From Nitrospinaceae bacterium (lineage in GTDB: Bacteria; Nitrospinota; Nitrospinia; Nitrospinales; Nitrospinaceae), in the NCBI GenBank assembly GCA_965237905.1, contig OZ250172.1, positions 2,784,001 through 2,848,000 of the forward strand: 64,000 bases of DNA, in the 5' to 3' direction. The position numbers and the translations under genes are program-made. The notes beneath the pieces are model-generated. The model saw nothing but the letters and a program-made list of their open reading frames with translations, did not search any database and was not told the origin of the DNA. Each line of letters opens with the position of its first letter. Position 1 is the stretch's first letter. Of this stretch, positions 26,499 through 35,612 are shown one piece after another.

Positions 26499-27893
26499 CT
26501 ATTCAGGTGAAATTTGAAAAACTTTATCCTGATCCTTCAAGTGATTGTCTAATTTTATCAAAACGTTCTTATAGGAGCCATCCAAAAAACATTTTTTGTT
26601 TTGGATATGTTCTTTCAAAGAGGTTTCGCCCCATCGGATTTCTCCCGCATCCATGGCGACAGCATAATACATTTTGTCGAAATATACCAAGTTGAAACCT
26701 TTGTAATCAATTTTGATAATATCAGGAACTTGGGAAAATTCTTCGATAAGACGTTGCACTTCCTCCAATGAGTTCCCAATAAACAGTTTCCCTTTTTGGG
26801 CGTGGGGTTCCAGGTCGTCTTTGAAGATATTTATTTCCCCGATTTCCTGCGCGACCGCGTAAAATTTCTTATCATAAAAAACAATATTGAAGCCCTTCCA
26901 ACCCGTATCGATCAGGCGGACCTGTTTGAAATAAATGTCCATATCTAGAACTTCTCGAAGGGTACTCTCTTTAGGGTTTTCTCGAAAAGAACTAAGAGGG
27001 GCGGGAGCGTGGTTTTGCTTGTTCGTAGGTCCGTCGATTTCAGTGGAAGTAGGATCAAGTTTATTCGCCGTGGTTTGCCAAGACGAGGGTATTTTTGCTT
27101 TAAATTCCTTTTTCAAATAACTTTTCAGGAAGGTTATCTGTTTTTGGTATATTCTTTGTAAAGGAGTTCTAAGGTTTTCGGGAAGTTTCGAGGCCATGCC
27201 CTTTAAGATTTGTTCTTGGACCTTGAATTCCGACCAGTCCACATTTCCCTCTATACCTAAAAACCGGAAAATTTCTCCCAATAGTTTAGCGGGATTTTCA
27301 CGAATGGCCTCAAAGAAGCCGACAAAAATCTGGTTTTTTGGGTAAACCTGCGTCCAACGCTGGAGGGAACCCCGATAATCGCTGTACGTCATTGACCAGG
27401 CATGAGTAAAGTTTTCTATCCATTCGGAGTCTTCAATTTGGTTGAAATCTTTAGCGCAAGAGCAAAAATTGGCCTCCTGGTAAGCCCAATTGTGTTTAGC
27501 CTGAGACCAAGCCCTTTCCACCGGGTCGCGCATCAGGAAAATCAGTTTTAAATCCGGCAAAAAAGAATGAAGGGTAGCGATGGCATTGGGAGGTAGAATG
27601 GAATAGGCGGGGGAAGCGTCGCCCTTTTTTCGCCCGGCACCTTCATCAAAAACTTGAAAATATTGGTTGATATCCCAGTGTCTCCAGAAGTGACTGAAAT
27701 ACTTCAGCTCCTTGATTTCGGGGATAAATACCTCCGGATGACAGGTCAAATTGGAGCCCAGCCAAGTCGAGCCTGTCTTGGGAGGTGAAATGATGAAAAA
27801 GTCCGGTGCAAGTTTCCTGTTTGCGGCCTCTAAATGGCCGATGCAGTGGGAGTAGTCTTCCCAATCTCTATCTAGACCTTTTTCTGGATTCAT
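26499..27893 (-). CDS. PAPS-dependent sulfotransferase with duplicated C-terminal module
   Basis: 5'-PSB SPPKTGSTWL, KELKYF, DASPAY, 3'-PB MRDPVERAWS. Confidence 0.88.
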   Translation of the reverse strand: MNPEKGLDRDWEDYSHCIGHLEAANRKLAPDFFIISPPKTGSTWLGSNLTCHPEVFIPEIKELKYFSHFWRHWDINQYFQVFDEGAGRKKGDASPAYSILPPNAIATLHSFLPDLKLIFLMRDPVERAWSQAKHNWAYQEANFCSCAKDFNQIEDSEWIENFTHAWSMTYSDYRGSLQRWTQVYPKNQIFVGFFEAIRENPAKLLGEIFRFLGIEGNVDWSEFKVQEQILKGMASKLPENLRTPLQRIYQKQITFLKSYLKKEFKAKIPSSWQTTANKLDPTSTEIDGPTNKQNHAPAPLSSFRENPKESTLREVLDMDIYFKQVRLIDTGWKGFNIVFYDKKFYAVAQEIGEINIFKDDLEPHAQKGKLFIGNSLEEVQRLIEEFSQVPDIIKIDYKGFNLVYFDKMYYAVAMDAGEIRWGETSLKEHIQNKKCFLDGSYKNVLIKLDNHLKDQDKVFQISPE

Positions 27894-27997
27894 GGCTCAT
27901 TTTTGGCAAGCCGCCAAACTGGATAAGTTTTGAATTCACCCCTTAACAAAACGGGGATTCCTATAATAAAAGTATCATCTGCAAAGGAAATCGTTTT

Positions 27998-29353
27998 TCA
28001 CACAGGTACTTTGCGGCAAACTTCCTGTAGATGGGTTTCAAAATGGACAAAACCATCGTATCGCCCACGGTTTTCTACTTTTAAATGGACCAGGCCGTTT
28101 CTGAAATCCAAGGGGAAACCGTTCTCGCCCTGTTCTTCACCCAATCCAAAATCAAAAAAATAATCTCCTGCATTCAAATTAAGCGTTACTGAAATTTTAA
28201 AAACCCTAATTTCTGAGGGTTGGGCGGGATCCATCTCCATGTGTGCGAAACGCGTGTTGTTTCCGTAGATCAGAATTCCATCCATGGTTTTAATCCCGAA
28301 TCCAAAAGCCGGTTGATTCACCAGCCGGTGGTATTTGACCTTCAGGTAAAAATCCACCGTGTTGTAGGAATAAACCGAAACCGGATCAAATCTCTCTCCT
28401 GCGACCACTAGGTAATCAATGATCGAGGCTCGGCCATCCCCCATGCGGTATTCATTTTTATTGTAACTGTTTCGATGAAGGCATCTTTCTTCTCCCGCAA
28501 TCCCCTCTAAAAATTCATTTAATGGATTGGGGGCCGACCGGCTCCTGGGCTCATGTTCTTCAGGATTAGAGAAAGAAGAAGGCTTCTCCAGTACATTTTT
28601 TCTTTCCTTAAAGGAATCTGTAAGAACAAGGTTGATATAGGTGTTCACTACATCACTGGGTTTCCCCGCCTCGATAAGGGAACCTTTATTTATAAGCAAG
28701 GCATGATCGCAATGCCTGACTATGGTATTGGAATCATGGGTGGTCAACAAAATGGTTTTTCCCGCTTCCTGGAATTCCCGGAATTTCTGAAAACACTTTT
28801 GTTGGAATTTGGCGTCGCCCACGGCGATAACTTCATCGATCACCAGGATTTCCGGGTCCACATGGATGGCAATGGCGAAGGCCAGCCGGAGCATCATCCC
28901 GGAAGAATAAATTCTTAACGGTTGGTCAAAAAACTCTCCTATATCTGCAAAAGCCTCGATGTCTCCCACTCTTTCTTTTAATTTGAGCGGTGAAATCCCC
29001 ATCAGGGATCCCTTAAAAAAAACATTATCCCGGCCGGTAAAGTCGGGATTGAGTCCAGCGTCCAGTGACAACAGGGCCGAAACTTCCCCGTTTACCTTGA
29101 TCGAACCGGTAGTCGGTTTTAAAACGGAACAGATGATTTGGAGCAGGGTGCTTTTCCCGGAACCATTACGGCCGATAATCCCGACCGTGGCTCCTTTGGG
29201 AATCTGAAAATCGATATCCCTCAACGCCCAGAACTCGCGGTGGTATTTTTTATTGAACGGGTGCAGGGTTTCCCACAATCGTTCCTTCGGAGAGTTGAAC
29301 AAGCGGTATTTTTTTGAAACGTTCTGGACTGAAACCGCAAGGGCATCACCCAT
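27998..29353 (-). CDS. wzt: Polysaccharide ABC exporter ATPase with C-terminal Wzt_C domain
   Basis: FWALRD, GRNGSGKST, YSSGM, DEVIAVGDAKFQQK, extended C-terminal domain. Confidence 0.93.
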   Translation of the reverse strand: MGDALAVSVQNVSKKYRLFNSPKERLWETLHPFNKKYHREFWALRDIDFQIPKGATVGIIGRNGSGKSTLLQIICSVLKPTTGSIKVNGEVSALLSLDAGLNPDFTGRDNVFFKGSLMGISPLKLKERVGDIEAFADIGEFFDQPLRIYSSGMMLRLAFAIAIHVDPEILVIDEVIAVGDAKFQQKCFQKFREFQEAGKTILLTTHDSNTIVRHCDHALLINKGSLIEAGKPSDVVNTYINLVLTDSFKERKNVLEKPSSFSNPEEHEPRSRSAPNPLNEFLEGIAGEERCLHRNSYNKNEYRMGDGRASIIDYLVVAGERFDPVSVYSYNTVDFYLKVKYHRLVNQPAFGFGIKTMDGILIYGNNTRFAHMEMDPAQPSEIRVFKISVTLNLNAGDYFFDFGLGEEQGENGFPLDFRNGLVHLKVENRGRYDGFVHFETHLQEVCRKVPV

Positions 29354-29355
29354 GG

Positions 29356-30174
29356 TTACAGAACCTCCGCAAATTCAGGTTTTAATTTTCTGAACACCAA
29401 GCCGCCCATCACAAATGCCATCAATCCTATTCCCCAAAAATAAGCCCCCGAATGAAGGTCCTCCCAAAACGGGGCATGGTAAATAAATGATTTCTTGTAT
29501 CCTTCCACGATGTAGACCAGCGGATTCAAATCGATAACCCACTGGTATTTTAGCGGGATCATATCGCGGAACCACACAATTGGCGTCAGCCAGAACCACA
29601 GGGGAAGCAGGGCCTGCGCGATTTGTCCCGTGTCGCGGAAAAATAAGTTGATCGACGAAAACAGCCAGCTGAAACCCAAAATCAAAACTATGAGCGCAAA
29701 TAAATAGTACAAAAACTGAAAATTGTAGAGCGAATAGGAAACGCCGGAGATAAACATTATGATCAGTAAAATCCCCAGCATCACCCCGTGCGTTACCAGA
29801 GAAACCAGCAGACGGACCATCGGCAAGATCTCCGTCGGGAAAACCGTTTTGGTCACCAGATGCGAATTGTTCTGAAGGACGTTGATATTGCTCATCAGGG
29901 TTTCATTGAACAGAATCCAGGGAATGAACCCGGACAAAAAAACCAGGATAAAGGGAACGCCCCCGGGCGGGGTGATTCGGAAACCTACGGAAAAGACAAA
30001 CCAGTACACCAGAATGACTAACAGGGGGTGCACTAGTGCCCAAGTCAAACCCCCGATGGTGTCGACATAGCGGGACCGAATTTCGGTGATCGCCATGATC
30101 TTGAGAGTAGCCCCATGAGCATGAAATTTTTTGACCAAATTAACAAAAATAATATAAAAATCAAAAACTTTCAT
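29356..30174 (-). CDS. wzm: Polysaccharide ABC exporter permease
   Basis: RY..TIGG..W..V.P, FPTEILP, FRD, WLTPIVW, LNPL, EFAEVL; start at ATG 30174 with GGAG. Confidence 0.93.
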   Translation of the reverse strand: MKVFDFYIIFVNLVKKFHAHGATLKIMAITEIRSRYVDTIGGLTWALVHPLLVILVYWFVFSVGFRITPPGGVPFILVFLSGFIPWILFNETLMSNINVLQNNSHLVTKTVFPTEILPMVRLLVSLVTHGVMLGILLIIMFISGVSYSLYNFQFLYYLFALIVLILGFSWLFSSINLFFRDTGQIAQALLPLWFWLTPIVWFRDMIPLKYQWVIDLNPLVYIVEGYKKSFIYHAPFWEDLHSGAYFWGIGLMAFVMGGLVFRKLKPEFAEVL

Positions 30175-30402
30175 GCTGGCTCCATCGCTAGACACACCGG
30201 GATTCCCGGGACCGCAAATGACCCCACACATTATCCCTTGGGGGACAATATATGGGAAAAACTAACCTTGGGCAAGTATTTTGATCCTTGAAGTTATGGG
30301 GGGGAATATAGATCTAATATTTTAATTAGTTATGCAATTCTTACCTATAAAAGAAGGGGAGGGGAAAGGAGCCGAAAGAGCTTACGGGTGAGGTGAGCCT
30401 TA

Positions 30403-31461
30403 TCACGGTTGGTTGAAGTAGACATCGTTTTTTTTGCAGTACTCGATCAGATTGTCCGGAGAGTATCCTTCATATCTCTTCTGGAGCCTTCGGATTGCCG
30501 ACGGATCCACTGTTTCGTTGCCGTGGGTGGCCTCACCCATTGGTCGGCCATACTTCCCCAGAAAGCAGTACTTGCCCTTCATCGTATTTCTTAATTCATC
30601 CATGTAAAAGGGGCGGTAATGATTGAGAAACTCTGCGTCGCATTCCAATTCCAGGCCGGCGGCTTTGTCCTTGAGCCAGTGCAATGCGATGTTGGAGAGC
30701 CCATCATTGTCGTAACCGCCGCCAATGTTGGAATGCACACCGGCAAACCAGCGTTGCTCGAAATTATCGATCGGTTGGGGAGCATCAGGGCTCCATAATG
30801 CCGGTTTGAAAGCTTTGCGTCGCTCGTCGATAGCCAGCGCGTGGTAGGCACCGATCACCGATGGCGACAGGCCGACTTGGTGAAAGGCATATCGCTTGTT
30901 GAGCCCGCTGAACAGACCGATCGGTATGCCAAGAGCGCCCACCGTGTCCCAGACCCCTAGAAATTGAATGGGGATTGGATGACTTTGATGCTCCTCACGG
31001 AATTGCCTGGCCCGCTGTTGGAACTCTTCCTCTTCTGTATCGTTTTCTACCTCTCGCTGGCTTCGGTAAAGCTCGTAGGCTTCCTTCATGAAAAAGATTT
31101 CATTTTTCGGCAGCAGACCGGCGGTGTCGATGAGGCCCACAAGGCTTCTCGCCGTATAAGCGCCACGGCTGAAACCAAACAGAAATACCTGGTCGCCAGG
31201 AATATAATTATTGGCCAAAAATTCATACGACTCGATGATGTTCTCCGATAGTCCAAGCCCGGTACCTCCACCCAGCCATTTGTCCGTACCCCTCCCCGTA
31301 CCAACGCCTATTTGATAGTACACGACTTGAACAGTGCCATCGTCGGCGAGGGGTTTGATGCCGCGGACCATTTTCACGACATTGGATGGCTTTCGCTTTC
31401 CGCGATCACTCTGGTCCGGTTTGTTCCAAGTGCCATCACAGCAAATAGCGATTCGTTTCAT
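30403..31461 (-). CDS. DUF2235 alpha/beta hydrolase (Tle1-like catalytic domain)
   Basis: CCDGTWN, SNV, GFSRGAYTAR, GVWDTV, HALAIDERR, WFAGVHSNIGGG. Confidence 0.9.
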   Translation of the reverse strand: MKRIAICCDGTWNKPDQSDRGKRKPSNVVKMVRGIKPLADDGTVQVVYYQIGVGTGRGTDKWLGGGTGLGLSENIIESYEFLANNYIPGDQVFLFGFSRGAYTARSLVGLIDTAGLLPKNEIFFMKEAYELYRSQREVENDTEEEEFQQRARQFREEHQSHPIPIQFLGVWDTVGALGIPIGLFSGLNKRYAFHQVGLSPSVIGAYHALAIDERRKAFKPALWSPDAPQPIDNFEQRWFAGVHSNIGGGYDNDGLSNIALHWLKDKAAGLELECDAEFLNHYRPFYMDELRNTMKGKYCFLGKYGRPMGEATHGNETVDPSAIRRLQKRYEGYSPDNLIEYCKKNDVYFNQP

Positions 31462-31581
31462 TATTTTCCCTCCCTGGGATTATTTGAAGAACGGGTCGGC
31501 TATTGCATCTCGAATCATCCTGTGTCGAATGCACTTCTTGCGAGCATTAAAATTATAATGTGCCTGTAAGGGGATTAAAAG

Positions 31582-31617
31582 AAAAAAGGCCTACTGGATG
31601 ATCCAGCAGACCTTTCT
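31582..31617 (-). terminator. Intrinsic terminator of tRNA-Arg
   Basis: Minus strand AAAGGTCTGCTGGA-tca-TCCAGTAGGCCTTTTTT. Confidence 0.75.
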
Positions 31618-31622
31618 ATATT

Positions 31623-31699
<77 letters not shown>

Positions 31700-31726
31700 A
31701 TAATTCGCTGGAAATATTTGTGAAGT

Positions 31727-32053
31727 TTAAACCCCATCCTCGGTTGCCGGGGCGGCGATGTTTCCAGAGGTCACCTTGTCGTCCTTGCCGAATTCGCGGA
31801 TCATATCCACGCGCAACTTCCACCACTTGATTTCCTCCTTCAACTCTTCGGCAACCTCGGGGGCCGTATAAAGCTTAATTTCATACCCCGCTTCCAACCG
31901 CGCCTCGATTGTGTCGGGCAGAGAAAGATCGCATTCCTTCATGACGGTGATCGGGTTTTTCGCCAGCTTCTTCCGGAAGTCGTCGTCGGTGACGGCCTTG
32001 GTCGCCACTTGCTTCCACTTGTCGTTCAATTCTACTTTGCGTTTGTTCTTCAT
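31727..32053 (-). CDS. NHLP (nitrile hydratase-like leader) domain protein
   Basis: W.QV.TKAVTDDDFRKKLAKNP..VM.E..L.LP resembles the NHLP leader; no Gly-Gly site. Confidence 0.6.
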   Translation of the reverse strand: MKNKRKVELNDKWKQVATKAVTDDDFRKKLAKNPITVMKECDLSLPDTIEARLEAGYEIKLYTAPEVAEELKEEIKWWKLRVDMIREFGKDDKVTSGNIAAPATEDGV

Positions 32054-32193
32054 AATCCCCCGTTTTATTCACTTACGCCTGACGAGTTGGACTCTGAAGG
32101 CAAGTGAGCATTTTATAAGTATGCCCAAGAGTATATGAGACAGGAAAAGAAGGCAATCACAAATCGCCGGGGCCTCGGGAATTCAGCCCTTTG

Positions 32194-34830
32194 TTACTTC
32201 AGCAGGGAGGGGACCATCCCCAGCGCTTCGTCCAGTTTTTCCGGTTTGGAACCTCCCGCCTGCGCCATATCCGGCCGCCCGCCGCCGTTTCCGCCCACGA
32301 TTTCGGCTACTTTTTTCAGGATGTTCCCGGCATGGTAACGGTCCATCAGGTCCTTCGTCACCCCGGCGGCGAGGAACACTTTGCCGTTATCCGCCGCCCC
32401 CGCCACCACCACAACCGATTTCAACTGATTCTTGGCATTGTCGATAAACGTTCGCAGGGTCTTGGCATCCACGCCTTCCAGCTTTTTGACCAGCAGGGAG
32501 ACGTCTCCGATTTTCTGCACTTCATCCTCCAGGCTGGAGCCATTGGCTTTACCGCTCACCATTTTTTCCTTGAGCGAGGCGACCTGCTTCTCCAGCTCTT
32601 TGTTCTTCTCGATGAGTTTCTGGAGCTTCTTCAATTCTTCATCCGGCTGCGCCTTGATGAGTGAACGGATGCCCGACAGGTTATCGAATTCCTTCTGAAT
32701 CCGCTCAAACGCGCGCGGGCCCGTTACTGCTTCGATGCGCCGCACGCCGGACGCGATACCCGTTTCCTGTGTGATCTTGAGGAAGCCGATGTTGCCCGTC
32801 GCGGACACATGCGTGCCGCCGCACAACTCCTTGCTGAAGCCGGGCACGGAAACCACCCGCACATGGTCGCCGTACTTCTCGCCGAACAGGGCGACCGCGC
32901 CTTTCTCCAGCGCGGTTTCGATATCCATCTCCTCAGTATCCACCGCAATGTTCTCGCGGATCTTTTCGTTGACCAGCGCCTCGATGCGCGCCCGTTCGTT
33001 ATCGGTCAGCGGAGAGAAATGCGTGTAGTCGAACCGCAACCGGTCCGGTCCCACCAGCGATCCCCCCTGCTTGACGTGCCCGCCCAGCACTTCCTTCAGC
33101 GCGGCATGCAGAAGATGCGTCGCGGAATGGTTGAGTGCGGTGTCGTTGCGTTTCATTGCATCCACTTCCAGCGTCAACGCATCGCCGCCCGTCACCGTGC
33201 CTTGCACGACTTTGGCGTGATGCACAATCAGGTCGGGCAGGGGTTTGGTCGTGTTGATGATATCGAGTAAAGCGTGATCGTTGTAGGCTCGCCCGACGTC
33301 GCCGACCTGTCCGCCGGACTCGCCATAAAACGGGGTCTGGTCCACCAACAGGTCGCATTCCTCTCCTGCCTTCACGGTTTGTACGCTCTTATTGTCTTTG
33401 ATGAGCGTGACCACTTTGCCCTCGCCATGCGTATTGCCGTAGCCGGTAAATTGGGTTGCGCCGTTTTTCTGGAGCGTTTCATTGAACACCGGAGAGACGG
33501 CGCTTTCGCCCGATCCCTTCCACGAGGCCATGGCTTTTTCCTTCTGCGCTTGCATGGCTTTGTTGAATCCGTCCCTATCGAGCGTGTATCCCGTGTCCTT
33601 TGCCGTTTCTTCCACGAGGTCGACGGGAAAGCCGAACGTGTCGTACAGTTTGAAAATCTCTTCGCCGGGGATGGTGGTCGATTTCGCCTGCTTCATCTTG
33701 TCGAGAATTTCGTCCAGCCTCTGCGTGCCGATGGTGAGCGTCGTGTTGAAATTGTCTTCCTCATTGGTGACCACCTTCTGGATGAAATCGTGGTTCACCG
33801 ACAGGTCGGGGTACACGTCCTGAAACTTGGCGATCACGTCCTCGGTAATATGATGAAAGAACGGGTCCTTTTGCTCCAGCAGTTTGCCGTGGCGCAACGC
33901 CCGCCGCATGATCCGCCGCAGGACGTAACCGCGTCCCTCGTTGGAAGGCAAAACGCCGTCACTAATAAGGAACGTACTCGCGCGTGCGTGGTCGGCGATG
34001 ACCCGCAGTGAAACATCGGTCTCGGGATTCTGATTGTGCTGCTTGCCGGTGATCTTGCCGACGTGCTCGATGATGCTCATCAAAAGGTCGGAACCGTAGT
34101 TGCTCGGCTGGCCCTGCACCACCGCAGCGAGCCGTTCCAGTCCCATGCCGGTATCGATGCACGGATTGGGCAGGGGCGTCATCTTGCCGGCTTCGTCCCT
34201 GTCATACTGCATGAACACCAGGTTCCACACTTCGAGATAGCGGTCGCAGTCGCACCCGACCGTGCAGGTCGGCTTGCCGCATCCCAGCGCCTCGCCCTGG
34301 TCCACGAAAATTTCCGAACAGGGGCCGCACGGACCGGTAGGGCCCATGGCCCAGAAATTATCCTCGTCGCCGAACCGGAAAATCCGGTCGTCGGTCAGCT
34401 TGATTTCCTTTTTCCACAGCTCGAACGCCTCGTCGTCGTCCTTGTATACCGAGGCGTACAGCTTGTCGGCGGGGATTTTCATCTCCTTCGTCAGGAAATC
34501 CCAGGCGTAGATGATGGCGTCCTTCTTGAAATAGTCGCCGAACGAGAAATTGCCCAGCATCTCGAAAAAGGTGTGATGACGCGCGGTGCGCCCGACCTGC
34601 TCGAGGTCGTTGTGCTTGCCCCCGGCGCGCACGCATTTCTGGGACGAGGCGGCGCGGGTGTAGTCGCGCTTCTCCTGCCCGAGGAACACGTTCTTGAACT
34701 GCACCATCCCCGCGTTGGTGAACAGCAGGGTCGGGTCGTTCTTCGGCACCAGCGAATCGCTCGGCACCACCGTGTGGCCGCGTTCCGCGAAAAAGTCCAG
34801 AAATCGTTTGCGTATTTCGTTACCGGTCAT
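32194..34830 (-). CDS. alaS: Alanine--tRNA ligase
   Basis: DPTLLFTNAGM, HHTFFEMLGNFSFGDY, DTGMGLERL, HSATH, ELCGGTH, GGGRPDMAQAG. Confidence 0.99.
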   Translation of the reverse strand: MTGNEIRKRFLDFFAERGHTVVPSDSLVPKNDPTLLFTNAGMVQFKNVFLGQEKRDYTRAASSQKCVRAGGKHNDLEQVGRTARHHTFFEMLGNFSFGDYFKKDAIIYAWDFLTKEMKIPADKLYASVYKDDDEAFELWKKEIKLTDDRIFRFGDEDNFWAMGPTGPCGPCSEIFVDQGEALGCGKPTCTVGCDCDRYLEVWNLVFMQYDRDEAGKMTPLPNPCIDTGMGLERLAAVVQGQPSNYGSDLLMSIIEHVGKITGKQHNQNPETDVSLRVIADHARASTFLISDGVLPSNEGRGYVLRRIMRRALRHGKLLEQKDPFFHHITEDVIAKFQDVYPDLSVNHDFIQKVVTNEEDNFNTTLTIGTQRLDEILDKMKQAKSTTIPGEEIFKLYDTFGFPVDLVEETAKDTGYTLDRDGFNKAMQAQKEKAMASWKGSGESAVSPVFNETLQKNGATQFTGYGNTHGEGKVVTLIKDNKSVQTVKAGEECDLLVDQTPFYGESGGQVGDVGRAYNDHALLDIINTTKPLPDLIVHHAKVVQGTVTGGDALTLEVDAMKRNDTALNHSATHLLHAALKEVLGGHVKQGGSLVGPDRLRFDYTHFSPLTDNERARIEALVNEKIRENIAVDTEEMDIETALEKGAVALFGEKYGDHVRVVSVPGFSKELCGGTHVSATGNIGFLKITQETGIASGVRRIEAVTGPRAFERIQKEFDNLSGIRSLIKAQPDEELKKLQKLIEKNKELEKQVASLKEKMVSGKANGSSLEDEVQKIGDVSLLVKKLEGVDAKTLRTFIDNAKNQLKSVVVVAGAADNGKVFLAAGVTKDLMDRYHAGNILKKVAEIVGGNGGGRPDMAQAGGSKPEKLDEALGMVPSLLK

Positions 34831-34916
34831 AAGCGCTCAATTATATACCAATCCCTCGCTGTTTGGATGGGGGATTTGTATTAAAAGATTCAGTAAGTTG
34901 GGCGAGAATGTCCCGG

Positions 34917-34947
34917 CTCCCCCTTGTAAAGGGGGATGGGGGGATTT
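34917..34947. repeat. REP-like palindrome (same family as 7154-7222)
   Basis: CTCCCCCTTGTAAAGGGGGATGGGGGGATTT. Confidence 0.75.
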
Positions 34948-34995
34948 TTCCTCTTTTGAATATGTTATAATGATTTGCAATAGGAGTGATTGCAT

Positions 34996-35241
34996 ATGAC
35001 TGAATCCAGTGGAAATGTCACCGTACGCCTGGCGGGAGAAACCCGCAAAAAACTCGACCATATAGCGACGGACCTCGACCGGTCCCGTAATTGGCTGATC
35101 AACGAGGCCATTGAAAACTATCTGGACGTGTACGAGTGGCAGGAACAAAAAATCCGCGAACGCCTCAAAAAATCCGAGAAAAAGGGAAAGTTCCGCACCG
35201 CGAAGCAGGTGAGCAAGGTCGTTGATTCCTTCAAGCCATGA
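34996..35241 (+). CDS. Ribbon-helix-helix (CopG-like) antitoxin
   Basis: VTVRL...LD.IA..LDRSRNWLINEAIENY; ATGA overlap with the toxin. Confidence 0.88.
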   Translation: MTESSGNVTVRLAGETRKKLDHIATDLDRSRNWLINEAIENYLDVYEWQEQKIRERLKKSEKKGKFRTAKQVSKVVDSFKP

Positions 35242-35525
35242 TGGACGTGGTCTGGCTTGAGGATGCGGTCAACGATCTGAAAATGATCGGTGATTACATC
35301 GCGGAAGAAAATAAAGAGGCCGCCTATCGGGTGTTGACCCAGATCCAGGCCGCGGCGGATTCCCTTGCGCGCCATCCGGAGATAGGGCGGCCCGGTCGGG
35401 TCGAAAAGACCCGCGAGCTGGTCATTTCCGGATTGCCCTACATCCTTCCCTACACCATCAAAAAGAACGAAGTCCGCATTTTGGCCGTACTGCACACCGC
35501 CCGCAAATGGCCGGGTGATTTCTAG
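35238..35525 (+). CDS. RelE/ParE family toxin
   Basis: W...A..DL..I.DYIA, HPEIGRPGR, RELVI..LPYI, ILAVLHTAR. Confidence 0.92.
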   Translation: MMDVVWLEDAVNDLKMIGDYIAEENKEAAYRVLTQIQAAADSLARHPEIGRPGRVEKTRELVISGLPYILPYTIKKNEVRILAVLHTARKWPGDF

Positions 35526-35612
35526 AACTAAACTTAAATTACTTGGCTGGCGAAAGTGATTGTTCAAACGCGTCCTAATGCCCCAGCGAAATTAGCTCCG
35601 GCGCTTCGCCGG

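Noticed and set aside
30403..31461. Type VI secretion effector locus
   Set aside because: No vgrG, PAAR or immunity gene is adjacent; the domain also occurs independently of T6SS.
7414..31622. att duplicate of the tRNA-Arg 3' end bounding the glycan locus
   Set aside because: No copy was found by eye, so the region is not called an integrative element.
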